Shown piece after piece: positions 18,739-27,751 of a stretch of DNA of 46,930 nt (its first letter is position 1; every line of letters begins with the position of its first letter). The notes under the pieces are model-generated. The model had not been told where the DNA came from, did not search any database, and saw only the letters and a list, made by a program, of their open reading frames with translations. The stretch comes from Spirochaetaceae bacterium (GTDB lineage: Bacteria; Spirochaetota; Spirochaetia; DSM-27196; SLAA01). The position numbers and the translations under genes were made by a program. The stretch lies in assembly GCA_003552665.1 (NCBI GenBank), contig PUNW01000392.1, positions 1 to 46,930 on the forward strand, read 5' to 3'.

Positions 18739-20202
18739 CTACAAATATGGCGCGGCCAACCTGATGATGCCGTCCCGCAGCTTGACCGGCAAGGGCCGGG
18801 CATCCACCTCCTCCTTGGTAAGACGATCGGCGCCGGCAATGCGCTGCTCTATCCGTGCCTCGAGCTTGCGTGCAAGCTCGCGGTCATAGCACTCGACGCC
18901 CAGCTCGAAGTTGAGTCGTAGGCTGCGCGGATCCCAGTTGGACGACCCAATCAGACTGAGCGTGCGGTCGACCACCATCAGCTTACTGTGTTCGAACGGG
19001 GGCGCGCTCATCCAAACCCGGCATCCCCATTCCAGGATCTGCCACATTTGCGCCATCGAAGCCCAGGCGACCATCTTGAGGTTATTCTCCTGCGGCAGCA
19101 CGATATCGACAGTGACGCCGCGCAGGGCGCAGGTGTTGAGCGCTGAGATCAGAGCACGTTCGGGTAGGAAGTAGGGCGTCATGATCCGCACCGAGTTACG
19201 GGCGGCAGCGACTGCACCCTGAAAAGCCATCGTCATTCTGTCCATATGTTGGTCGGGGCCGTCGGGGATAGCCCGCGCCACCACCGCGCCTACTCTCAAC
19301 TGATGGGACGGGAACCACCGTTCACCCTCGAGGAGTTCGCCGGTTGTGAAGCTCCAGTCTTCCACGAAGGTCGCCTGCAACTGCTGAACGACAGGGCCAC
19401 GCACGCGAAAATGCACATCCATTGTGGGATACGCGGGACGATCGCGGAGTACGTGCGCCTGTCTGATATTCATCCCTCCGGTGAAGCCCACGAGCCCGTC
19501 TACTACCATGACCTTGCGGTGGTTTCGGAGATTCAAGTACGGCGTGCGCCAGGTGAGCAGCCCGGACATGAACAGCTCGACACGGACGCCGCGCTCACGG
19601 AGCTTTGCGGTAATAGGGGGGACGGAGTAGCGCACGCCGACTGCGTCTATCAGAACTCGGACGTCCACACTGCGACTGACCGCGCCTGCAAGCGCATCCA
19701 GGAACCGGCGGCCAACGTTGTCGTTGTCGAAGATATACACAATCAACGTAATCGAATGGTGCGCCTGTTCGATGGCTGCGAGCATCGCCGGGTATGCCTC
19801 GTCGCCGTCAAACAGCGGTTCCACGCGGTTCCCATGCAGAAGCGGCAGCTCGGTCAACGCCTCTCCGAGCTGCGCCATCTCGACGAGATCCCTTGCGTCC
19901 GCCGGGAGCATTTCGGCAAGCTCAGCCACCGAGCACAGGACCTCGTCGAGCGGTTCGACGTGCGCGCTTTCGTGCCCGCGGCGGCCGACCACCCGCCGCC
20001 GGACCCGGTTGATGCCAAGGAGCACATACAGAATCACGCCGACGAAGGGCGCAAGCCAGATTAGCCCCACCCATGCGACCGCTGCCCGGGAGTCGCGTTT
20101 GTAGAGAATTACATGCCCGGTGGCCAGGAGCGCGGCGACGGTTCCGAGCACGGCGGTAAACAGCGGCCAAAAGGCTTCGACAAGCTCGAGGACGAGGTGC
20201 AT
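18739..20202 (-). CDS. cls: Cardiolipin synthase (two PLD/HKD domains)
   Basis: The start is set at the internal ATG 20202 (MHLVLELVEAFWPLF...). It has two N-terminal TM helices and two HKD motifs (NHRKVMVVDG and HSKLMVVDRTLSLIGSSNWD). The tracked upstream extension runs antisense through the TPP riboswitch. Confidence 0.85.
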   Translation of the reverse strand: MHLVLELVEAFWPLFTAVLGTVAALLATGHVILYKRDSRAAVAWVGLIWLAPFVGVILYVLLGINRVRRRVVGRRGHESAHVEPLDEVLCSVAELAEMLPADARDLVEMAQLGEALTELPLLHGNRVEPLFDGDEAYPAMLAAIEQAHHSITLIVYIFDNDNVGRRFLDALAGAVSRSVDVRVLIDAVGVRYSVPPITAKLRERGVRVELFMSGLLTWRTPYLNLRNHRKVMVVDGLVGFTGGMNIRQAHVLRDRPAYPTMDVHFRVRGPVVQQLQATFVEDWSFTTGELLEGERWFPSHQLRVGAVVARAIPDGPDQHMDRMTMAFQGAVAAARNSVRIMTPYFLPERALISALNTCALRGVTVDIVLPQENNLKMVAWASMAQMWQILEWGCRVWMSAPPFEHSKLMVVDRTLSLIGSSNWDPRSLRLNFELGVECYDRELARKLEARIEQRIAGADRLTKEEVDARPLPVKLRDGIIRLAAPYL

Positions 20203-20334
20203 ATCAGTCCCCAGTATACACGAACGGCCGGGCATTCCAAACGCGGGTCTCTTAATCGGTGCGGAACGGTAATTCCTTTTGCGTTGACGGATTCCCGGTT
20301 CAGATGGTAACTTTTCACCAGACAGAGTAATACT

Positions 20335-20433
20335 ATCCGTGGGGGAGCCCGGCGGCAGCGGGCTGAGAGGAAGGCTGGAGGCGCTTTCGACCCTACGCAC
20401 CTGATTCGGGTAATGCCGGCGAAGGGAACGGAG
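20335..20433 (+). promoter_or_regulatory. TPP (THI-box) riboswitch aptamer
   Basis: UCCGU...GGGGAGCCC...GCUGAGA...ACCC...ACCUGAU..GGGUAAUGCCGGCGAAGGGAACGGA. The conserved CUGAGA and ACCUGAU/UAAUGCC/GGGAA elements are present. The P1 pairing UCCGU/ACGGA closes the aptamer. Confidence 0.85.
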
Positions 20434-20462
20434 TCTGCATGCAGTTGATTGCTGATTGTGAC

Positions 20463-20485
20463 GCCGCCCGCTGGGCGGCTTTTTT
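20463..20485 (+). terminator. Intrinsic terminator, the riboswitch expression platform
   Basis: GCCGCCC, loop gct, GGCGGC, followed by TTTTTT, about 30 nt after the aptamer and about 80 nt before the ATG at 20567. Confidence 0.8.
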
Positions 20486-20566
20486 CGGCACCCACTTCTC
20501 GGGGCGCCTGGAACGAACATTGATTCATCCCATTTCCTTATCAATTCTTCTCACCTGGAGCTCACG

Positions 20567-22108
20567 ATGCAAACAGCTGGACCACCACTGACAAGATGGC
20601 TGTCGGGCGGGGTATACCTCGTGACCGACGACACGCTGCCGGACGACGAGATCATAAACACTGTAGAACAGGCGTTGCGCGGAGGCGTGCGGTGCGTGCA
20701 ATTGCGGGACAAGCGCCGCCCGATGCGGGAAGTCTACAGGCTGGCGGCACGGTTGCGAGCGCTTACCAGTCGCATGGGGGCGGGCCTGATCATCAACGAC
20801 CGCATCGACCTGACGCTTGCCGTGGCCGCCGACGGAGTCCACATAGGACAGGACGACATGCCGCCGAGGGATGCCCGCCGGCTGGTGGGACCGCAGCGGG
20901 TTCTCGGTGTTTCGGCCGACTCTCCCGAACGTGCACGCCGCGCGGTGGCTGAGGGAGCCGATTATCTCGGCGTCGGCCACGTGTTCGGCAGTATAAGCAA
21001 GGAGAAGCCTGACGCGCCGATCGGGGTCCAGGGCCTGAGCGAAGTGTGCGCGACGGCGCGGGTGCCGGTGGTCGCGATCGGAGCGATCACCACTGAGAAC
21101 GCCGCCGAAGCAATAGACGGAGGGGCCTCATCGGTTGCGGTGGTCTCGTCCGTCTCGCGCGCGGAAGACCCGGAGGCGACCGCGCGAGAGTTGTCTTCGA
21201 TTGTGCGCTCAGCTTACGAGCGTCGCAAATCCGCGCAACGACGCTTTCGGCCGGAGGCTCCGGAACCTGACCGAGCGGGAAGCGCGTTGGAGACGCTTCG
21301 CAATCAGCGCCCGTTGATTCATCTCATCACCAACTACGTGGTGATGAACGATACGGCTACCGCGACACGCTTGCTCGGGGCGCTGCCGGTGATGTCGGAG
21401 GCTGAAGAGGAAGTGGGCGAGATGGCGCGGCAGGCGCGGGCACTGCTTCTGAATACCGGCACGCCCGTGCTTTCTCGGGTACGCGCGATGCGGCGTGCGG
21501 CGGAGTCCGCCGCCAGAGCCGGGGTGCCGGTGGTTCTGGACCCGGTTGGGTGCGGTGCCACGGGGTTCCGAGTGGAGCTCAACCAGAACCTCGCGCGCGG
21601 GGGTAGCCCGGCGGTAATTCGCGGCAACGCGGCCGAAATCGCCGCGCTGGTAGGACGCCGTTTCGACATCCGTGGGGTCGAGGACACCGGAGAGGACAAC
21701 GAAAGCTATCACAAGGCCCGCTTGGGTCTTGCGCGCGCGGCGGCCACGCACCTAGGGTGTGTCGTTGCGGTCAGTGGGCCTGTGGATGTCGTGAGTGACG
21801 GCCGGGCGACAGTGCCCCGGACTGTGTTGGTGCACAACGGCGTTCCCCTGCTGGGCGCGGTGGTCGGGACCGGCTGTATGGTCTCGAGCCTGATCGCCGC
21901 CTTCGCAGCGGTGGAAAGCGACCCGTTTCTTGCCGCCTTGTGGGGGCTCGGCGTGATGGGCGTTGCCGCCGAACGAGCGACGGAGGAAGCCGGAGAAGCC
22001 GGAGCACGGCGACCGCTGCGTTTCAAACAGGCGGTGCTGGACCATCTGTATGTACTGCAGCCGGAGGAGCTCAGCGCGGCGGTCAGGCTGGAGTGGTTGG
22101 ATCAATAG
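20567..22108 (+). CDS. thiE/thiM: Fusion protein: thiamine-phosphate synthase (ThiE, N-terminal) plus hydroxyethylthiazole kinase (ThiM, C-terminal)
   Basis: The N-terminal half reads VYLVTDD...VQLRDK...IINDRIDLALA...HIGQDD...GVG.VF and is ThiE-like. The C-terminal half reads PLIHLITNYVVMNDTA...LLNTGT...VVLDPVG...VSGPVD...GTGCM and is ThiM-like. It is one uninterrupted 513-aa frame. Confidence 0.9.
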   Translation: MQTAGPPLTRWLSGGVYLVTDDTLPDDEIINTVEQALRGGVRCVQLRDKRRPMREVYRLAARLRALTSRMGAGLIINDRIDLTLAVAADGVHIGQDDMPPRDARRLVGPQRVLGVSADSPERARRAVAEGADYLGVGHVFGSISKEKPDAPIGVQGLSEVCATARVPVVAIGAITTENAAEAIDGGASSVAVVSSVSRAEDPEATARELSSIVRSAYERRKSAQRRFRPEAPEPDRAGSALETLRNQRPLIHLITNYVVMNDTATATRLLGALPVMSEAEEEVGEMARQARALLLNTGTPVLSRVRAMRRAAESAARAGVPVVLDPVGCGATGFRVELNQNLARGGSPAVIRGNAAEIAALVGRRFDIRGVEDTGEDNESYHKARLGLARAAATHLGCVVAVSGPVDVVSDGRATVPRTVLVHNGVPLLGAVVGTGCMVSSLIAAFAAVESDPFLAALWGLGVMGVAAERATEEAGEAGARRPLRFKQAVLDHLYVLQPEELSAAVRLEWLDQ

Positions 22109-22157
22109 CAGTTGAGCTATAACGGGTTTGGACATAAGCATGAGGAGGAAGAGCAAT

Positions 22158-22667
22158 ATGAGCGACTTGACCACAACACGTTCATCGACGCGTCATGTAG
22201 CGCAGGCAGTGATCCTGATTGCGCTCGGCGTGGCGCTGGCTCCGTTTACGTCCTTTCCGGTGGGCGTTGCACGCATCAATCCGACGCAGCACTTCGTTAA
22301 CGTGGTGGCGGCGGTGCTGCTTGGGCCTGCGTGGGCCACGGGCATCGCGTTTGTGATCGGCGTAATTCGCAATGCGCTCGGCGTGGGCACGCTTCTGGCG
22401 TTTCCAGGCGGAATGGTCGGAGCACTGGTGGCCGGGCTGGCTTATCGCTTTGTCGGTAGCGTGCGTATCGCCGCCGGCGCCGAGGTGATCGGGAGTGGCA
22501 TTATCGGTGCACTTCTCGGCGCTGCGTTCGTTTCGCCGGTCTTCATGGACAGCCCTGAGCCGCTTTTGGCGTTTGTACCTTCGTTTCTGGCCAGCTCAAT
22601 CATCGGAGCGGTGCTCGGCGTGGCCGCACTGATGCTGCTGCGGCGCGCGGGCGTTGTGCAACTGTAG
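22158..22667 (+). CDS. thiW: ThiW, ECF-transporter S component (predicted thiazole-moiety specificity)
   Basis: INPTQHFVNVVAAVLLGPAWA...LLAFPGGMVGALVAGLAY matches the ThiW family pattern as I recall it. It has about 5 TM helices. The start is set at ATG 22158, which has a GAGGAGG SD 9 nt upstream. The tracked start is 22128. Confidence 0.75.
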   Translation: MSDLTTTRSSTRHVAQAVILIALGVALAPFTSFPVGVARINPTQHFVNVVAAVLLGPAWATGIAFVIGVIRNALGVGTLLAFPGGMVGALVAGLAYRFVGSVRIAAGAEVIGSGIIGALLGAAFVSPVFMDSPEPLLAFVPSFLASSIIGAVLGVAALMLLRRAGVVQL

Positions 22668-22683
22668 GAGACTATCGGAAACC

Positions 22684-24552
22684 ATGGCGATACTCTCGGT
22701 GCAAGAACTGAGCTTTCGTTACGCGGAGGCGAACCTCGGAAGCAGCCGTCTCCCTGCTCTGAATCAGGTGGCGTTTGATCTGGAAGCCGGGGAGCACCTC
22801 CTGATCTGCGGTGGTAGCGGCTCGGGGAAGTCCACCCTGTGCCGCGCGTTAAACGGCCTGATCCCGCATTTCCACGCCGGCGAGATGCAGGGCACGGTTG
22901 TCGTCGACGGGAAAGAGACTCGCAGCCACCCGGTAAGCGAGTTGTTCGCTTCAGTGGGGCTTGTTCTGCAGCAGCCGTCCGCGCAGTTCTTCTCCGGGAG
23001 CGTGTACGATGAGATAGCCTACGGGGCTGAGAGCCTGGGAATGACGCGGGGCATGATCGAGCAGCGGGTCGTCAAAACGGCAGAAGCGGTCGGTGTAGAC
23101 GGGCTGCTCGATCGCAACCCGCACGAGCTATCGGGAGGTGAACAACACCTTGTGTTGATTGCGGCGGTGCTGGTCGCCGAGCCGCCGGTGATCGTGCTCG
23201 ACGAGCCCTACGCACACCTGGACCCGGTCGGTGTTGCCCGCGTATCGGCCGCGCTTCGCGAGGTAAATCGCCACGGTACCACGGTCGTGGTGAGCGAGCA
23301 CCGGCTCGAACAGGCGGCACAGGATGCTGATCGGATTCTTGTGCTCGATCAGGGGTCGGTGGCGGTGTTCGGTGAACGAGATGATGTTCTGCGTCTGGAC
23401 CTGGAGCGGTGGGGTGTGGTGCGACCTCGTGCGGTTCATGCCGCACTCGCGTGGGGCGTGAGCCCGATATCCGGTAGCGTCGAGGAGCTTTTTGTACGAG
23501 CCGAGGAGCGGAATGGCCGCGACCCGCTGCCTCTCATCGAGGCGCTTGCGGGCGCGGGAGCTCGCCGGTGGGACTCGGTACCGGTGGAGGATTTCACGCC
23601 TAATGAGCCAGGCGAGGCAAGCCAGACCGGTGAGACACAGCGAGCTGGTGAGGCACAGCAGGCAGACGAGGCACAGGAGGTAGGAGAGCGGGGCGGAGAG
23701 CCGGAAGGAGAGATCGCCCGTTTCGAGAGAGTGCATTCGAATATTGGCCGAACCGAGGTGCTGCGCGGGCTGAGCTTGCGCGTGCTCAAAGGCGAGTGTC
23801 TTGCGATTGTCGGCGCCAACGGTTCAGGCAAGACAACCGCAGCTCGCCAACTGCTCGGGCTTTTGCGACCACAGAGCGGCACGGTCTATCTAGGCGGACG
23901 GGAGATCGCGGAAAGCAGACCGTCGGAGCTCGCACGGGAGGTGGGGCTGGCGTTCCAGAATCCGGATAATCAGTTTTTCCGCTTCACCGTTGCCGAGGAG
24001 GTGGCGGTGGGGCCGCGCGTGCTCGGGAATCTGAACGAGTCATGGCTTGATGAGCTCATGCGTCTGTTTGGGCTGTCATCGTTGTCCGCGCGCTCGCCGT
24101 TCACCCTCAGCGGTGGAGAGAAGAAGCGAACCGGCTTTGCGGCTGCCTTGGCTGCGCGGCCGGAGCTCGTGGTGCTGGATGAGCCGACCGCCGGCCAGGA
24201 TGCGGGGTTTCGGCAAACTCTCGCGGGGATGCTTTCGGACTTGATCCGGCGGGGACAGACCGTTGTGCTGATTACGCATGACCTTCCGTTTGCGGAGCAG
24301 CATGCCGATCGCTGGGCGGTAATGGCGCAGGGCAGGATCATCGCCGAAGGCGCCCCTGATGAGATCATGAGCCGGGAGGATGTCATGGAGGAGGCACAGC
24401 TTGCTCCAACGCAGCGTTTTCAGTTGACGCGGTTGGCCGCGGGGAAAGCCGTGCAGCCGACGGCAGGTGCGGATGATCAATATGCGGATGATCGAAGTGC
24501 GGATGACCGCTATGTGAAGCTCCGGCCCGCTGATCGACCGTTCCGGGAGTGA
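22684..24552 (+). CDS. Fused tandem ECF-transporter ATPase (EcfA-EcfA'/CbiO-like)
   Basis: Two complete ABC cassettes are present. They carry GGSGSGKST/LSGGEQ/LDEP and GANGSGKTT/LSGGEKK/LDEP. A Glu/Gln/Ala/Gly-rich linker joins them. The start is set at ATG 22684 (MAILSVQELSFRY). Confidence 0.85.
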   Translation: MAILSVQELSFRYAEANLGSSRLPALNQVAFDLEAGEHLLICGGSGSGKSTLCRALNGLIPHFHAGEMQGTVVVDGKETRSHPVSELFASVGLVLQQPSAQFFSGSVYDEIAYGAESLGMTRGMIEQRVVKTAEAVGVDGLLDRNPHELSGGEQHLVLIAAVLVAEPPVIVLDEPYAHLDPVGVARVSAALREVNRHGTTVVVSEHRLEQAAQDADRILVLDQGSVAVFGERDDVLRLDLERWGVVRPRAVHAALAWGVSPISGSVEELFVRAEERNGRDPLPLIEALAGAGARRWDSVPVEDFTPNEPGEASQTGETQRAGEAQQADEAQEVGERGGEPEGEIARFERVHSNIGRTEVLRGLSLRVLKGECLAIVGANGSGKTTAARQLLGLLRPQSGTVYLGGREIAESRPSELAREVGLAFQNPDNQFFRFTVAEEVAVGPRVLGNLNESWLDELMRLFGLSSLSARSPFTLSGGEKKRTGFAAALAARPELVVLDEPTAGQDAGFRQTLAGMLSDLIRRGQTVVLITHDLPFAEQHADRWAVMAQGRIIAEGAPDEIMSREDVMEEAQLAPTQRFQLTRLAAGKAVQPTAGADDQYADDRSADDRYVKLRPADRPFRE

Positions 24553-24559
24553 GGCAGCT

Positions 24560-25258
24560 ATGTACGTGCCGATGGGATCGGCCGGGCGCAGCTCGGCTTC
24601 CGCAATGTTCGACCCGCGCAGCAAGCTCGTGCTCACGGTTTTAGCCATTGCGGGGGTCATTACGCTCCACTCGGCGATTGAGCTCGGCGCGGCTTACGCC
24701 GCGATCGTGCTGCTGGTCCTCGGCATCGGGGAGGGGCGGGCGTACCTGCGGTGGCTGCGAATTCTGTCCGTCATGGTTTTGGTGTGGTTCGCGATCGTCT
24801 GGTTCACGGCCGACACCGTTACCGCGGTTGCCGCCGCGTTGCGGCTTCTGACGCTTACGAGCGTGTTCTTTCTGTTCTTCGCAGTCACCCGTCCGGAGGA
24901 GCTCGCCGATGCCCTCGTACAGTCGGGAATGCCGTACTCGGCAGGGTTTGTTGTGCGAGCGGCGCTACAGTTTGTTCCGGTCGTGTCGCGGACCGCCGGC
25001 GCAGTGTATGACGCGCAACGCGCGCGGGGGATTCCTCTGGACCGTGGAATACGCGCGCTCGCGCATTACCCCGCCTTGTTCGCACCGCTTCTGGTGCAGA
25101 GTTTTCGGCTGGCCGATCACCTCGCCGAAGCGATGGAGTCACGGGGGTTCGGACGCCCCGGGAGAACGCTCCGCCACTCGTATCGTCTGCGCCTGCGAGA
25201 TTGGGCGGTGATGCTCGCCGCCGTAGGCGGGCTTGCAGTGCTTGTCGTAAAATTATGA
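24560..25258 (+). CDS. ECF-transporter T component (EcfT/CbiQ family)
   Basis: The ORF is polytopic. DPRSKLVL at the N-terminus and AQRARG near the C-terminus match the conserved EcfT Ala-Arg-Gly coupling motifs. Confidence 0.8.
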   Translation: MYVPMGSAGRSSASAMFDPRSKLVLTVLAIAGVITLHSAIELGAAYAAIVLLVLGIGEGRAYLRWLRILSVMVLVWFAIVWFTADTVTAVAAALRLLTLTSVFFLFFAVTRPEELADALVQSGMPYSAGFVVRAALQFVPVVSRTAGAVYDAQRARGIPLDRGIRALAHYPALFAPLLVQSFRLADHLAEAMESRGFGRPGRTLRHSYRLRLRDWAVMLAAVGGLAVLVVKL

Positions 25259-25344
25259 GTAACGCAGTCAGTTTCTCTTGACAGCCGCACGAAGTTCTAC
25301 TACTGCTAAGGGTAGCTTGGGTTTTGACCCTACGAGGTCTGGGT

Positions 25345-25767
25345 ATGATTTCAGCGTTCTACGGTCTGCTCGAGGGTATCGGCTTTCGGCAGCCGTTGCA
25401 TCCAATCCCGGTGCGCTTCACGGTCGCGATGGTTGTCGGGGCGCTGGTCTTTGCCTTGATCGCACGGGCGTCGAACCGAACGGCCCTGTATACAACCGCC
25501 CGCCATGTGCTCACCTTCGGGGTCGTGGCGTACGTGCTCACCGCCGTCACCGGCCTCATGGACTGGCTATATTTCTACGGTGGGGCCTGGGGCGACCTTA
25601 TTCAGATCAAGGTGATTCTCGGTGTCGTTCTGCTTCCGCTACTTATCGCTGCGGTGCATTTGAATGTGAAGAACAAGGGCGATTCCACGCTGCAGCTGTT
25701 CGTTTACCTCGGCGCTTCGGTGGTGGTGCTCGTGATTATGTACTACGGCGCGGAGCTTGCACGCTGA
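25345..25767 (+). CDS. DUF2231-like integral membrane protein
   Basis: It has 4 predicted TM helices. LHPIPVRFTVAMVV resembles the HPxxVHFP signature of DUF2231. ATG 25345 has GAGG upstream. Confidence 0.55.
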   Translation: MISAFYGLLEGIGFRQPLHPIPVRFTVAMVVGALVFALIARASNRTALYTTARHVLTFGVVAYVLTAVTGLMDWLYFYGGAWGDLIQIKVILGVVLLPLLIAAVHLNVKNKGDSTLQLFVYLGASVVVLVIMYYGAELAR

Positions 25768-25817
25768 CCGCGGTACCCGCTCACGCGCGCTAACTCCCTT
25801 GGGCCGTGCCGAGAGTT

Positions 25818-25834
25818 CCCGGCGCGCCGCCGGG
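25818..25834. terminator. Perfect 7-bp hairpin between convergent genes
   Basis: CCCGGCG, loop cgc, CGCCGGG, lying directly after the copCD stop (25836-25838) and 50 nt after the DUF2231 stop. No U-tract follows. Confidence 0.35.
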
Positions 25835-25835
25835 C

Positions 25836-27743
25836 TTACGCACCGGCTCCGCGGCGGCCGATATAACGGAGCAGGCCGATAACCGCCGCGATGATGGATA
25901 GCTGGGCAATGAGCAACAGCCACGCCACCCCGGAGGAAAGCAGGTCGGCCCGCTGCACGGGCTCCTCAACCACCTGGAACTCGAACCCGACCCTCGAATC
26001 AAAGGCGCCGGGGCGCTGAACCACCACCTCGGCCTGCCATGCACCGGGCACCGTGAGCGCAACCCGCTCGACAACATAACGGCCCTCACCTACGCCACTG
26101 CCGCTGAACTCGAACTCGATGCTCTCTTCCGGAAGGTTGGCCAGCTGCACCGCGAGATCGTCAGCCTCGATCGGCATGCCCGCGGTATCCTCGAGATCGA
26201 GAATCAGGCGATTTCGACCTACAACGCCGGGTTCCACGGTAAAGGTGATTTCGGCACCTTCGTCCTCGGCCGTGAATATCGTCTCCCGCTCCGGATCCAG
26301 CAGCCCGAGCCGATCTGCGGCACTTCCGGCCGGCTCAGAGTTGGCAAGGAACCCGACTGCCAGAAGAACCACAACAGCGAGCGCCAGTTGGCCTTTGTGA
26401 GCCATCCCGAGCACACGCGGAGCCTTCGCGTCATCGAGCAATCTGGGCCGGAGCCACAGCAACTCCACCGCAGCCACAACGAACAAGGCAGCGACCAGCA
26501 CTACCTTCACTACCAGAGTCTCGCCGTATGGCGTGGCGATTGCGGGAGGGGCCGTTACCTGTATCCAGCTGTTGTAGAGCCCGGACAGAAAGAGGGTTAC
26601 GATGCAAACCAGCGCCAGCGCCCAGAATCTGCGGAACACCGGCGGCAACACGGTCTTGTGGTCGTCCGGGCTCAGGCTTCTGAGCAGGACCGGCACGGCA
26701 AACGCCACGTAAACGACGCCTCCGATCCAGGTGCTGCTCGCGAGCATATGCATGAGGTGGTTCACCAGCCCGGGGGTGCGCACACCGGTGCCAACGGCAA
26801 CATGGCTGGTGAAGCCTATCGCTACGGCGCAGGCGACCGCCAGGAGTAGTGGCAGGGACGCCGAAAACGCACTGTCCCCCCGGGTACTGTCCCGGGCACC
26901 GTCTTGGGCTGTCGCTTGCGAAGCGTGCGCTTCTCGGCCCGCAGTCGCTGCTGAGCGCTCTCGGCTCACCCCCACGGCGAGCACCACCGCCAGGACGAGC
27001 CAGAGCGCCATCCGCCATAGCCAGGAAACGCCCCAGCTGGTTTGGAGCGCAACCTCCACCAAGGGGATGCCGCCCAGTATCTGTGCCTGCCCTACAAGCT
27101 CGACGAACGAGCCTACCAGGAGTATCCCGGCCCCCGCTCCAGCTACCGACAAACGGAGCCTGGAAAGGGGATTACGCAAAGCGGGAAAACGCGTCCCGTT
27201 CCCGAACGCCGACCGGAAGGCGAAGAGGTGCAACAGCAGAGCCCCGATCACGGCTGCGAGGCCCAGATGCGTAAGCCAGCGTCCTGCAGCCTGCACCGGA
27301 GACGCCCGGGGCGGATCATCCGCTCCGGGAGCCACCGCCGCCGCTTCAAGCGGTTCTCCGACTGCAAAGAGGAAGAACCCCTCCAGCGGGTGACCGTCGA
27401 CGGCCGAGACGCTTCGCCAGACGACGGTGTAGGTGCCGTCAGGGAGTTCCTCCTGCAGCGCAGCGATCAGGCGTCGCGGATCATCCGGATCGACCGCGGT
27501 CTCTTCAAGCGCCGCCTCGGTGCCGTCGGCATGCAGCACCTGAATCTGACTGCCGCGCGGTTCGATCGCTTCGCTGAACGTAACCTCGATACGCTCGGGT
27601 GTGGCGTCAAGAGAGGTCTCCGGCTCGGGTTCAGCGCTCACCTTGTAGGCGTGAGCGTCAAGATTCGCCGGAGCCGCGAGCCCAAGCGCCACGACGAGAG
27701 CCAGAAGCCCCGGGGCGCACAGTGGCGTGCACAGTCGCCTCAT
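25836..27743 (-). CDS. CopC-CopD fusion protein with a C-terminal YtkA/FixH-like domain (YcnJ-type)
   Basis: A signal peptide is followed by a mature N-terminal His (LDA/HAYKV). The CopC domain reads ...YTVVWRSVSAVDGHP. A polytopic CopD-like region follows, then a beta-rich extracytoplasmic domain and a terminal TM. The start is set at ATG 27743 (GGAGGTG SD). Confidence 0.8.
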   Translation of the reverse strand: MRRLCTPLCAPGLLALVVALGLAAPANLDAHAYKVSAEPEPETSLDATPERIEVTFSEAIEPRGSQIQVLHADGTEAALEETAVDPDDPRRLIAALQEELPDGTYTVVWRSVSAVDGHPLEGFFLFAVGEPLEAAAVAPGADDPPRASPVQAAGRWLTHLGLAAVIGALLLHLFAFRSAFGNGTRFPALRNPLSRLRLSVAGAGAGILLVGSFVELVGQAQILGGIPLVEVALQTSWGVSWLWRMALWLVLAVVLAVGVSRERSAATAGREAHASQATAQDGARDSTRGDSAFSASLPLLLAVACAVAIGFTSHVAVGTGVRTPGLVNHLMHMLASSTWIGGVVYVAFAVPVLLRSLSPDDHKTVLPPVFRRFWALALVCIVTLFLSGLYNSWIQVTAPPAIATPYGETLVVKVVLVAALFVVAAVELLWLRPRLLDDAKAPRVLGMAHKGQLALAVVVLLAVGFLANSEPAGSAADRLGLLDPERETIFTAEDEGAEITFTVEPGVVGRNRLILDLEDTAGMPIEADDLAVQLANLPEESIEFEFSGSGVGEGRYVVERVALTVPGAWQAEVVVQRPGAFDSRVGFEFQVVEEPVQRADLLSSGVAWLLLIAQLSIIAAVIGLLRYIGRRGAGA

Positions 27744-27751
27744 TGTCTCAT

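Noticed and set aside
20203-20544. 114-codon upstream extension of the cardiolipin synthase ORF
   Set aside because: The extension runs antisense through the TPP riboswitch and terminator and has no cls similarity. The typical cls N-terminal TM helix begins at the internal Met (20202).
25301-25320. The 9-mer GGGTAGCTT is shared between the DUF2231 upstream region (about 25309-25317) and the region just left of the conserved element at 32812-32820
   Set aside because: The match is only 9 bp with no extended similarity on either side, so it is compatible with chance. I did not fold it into the conserved-element finding.
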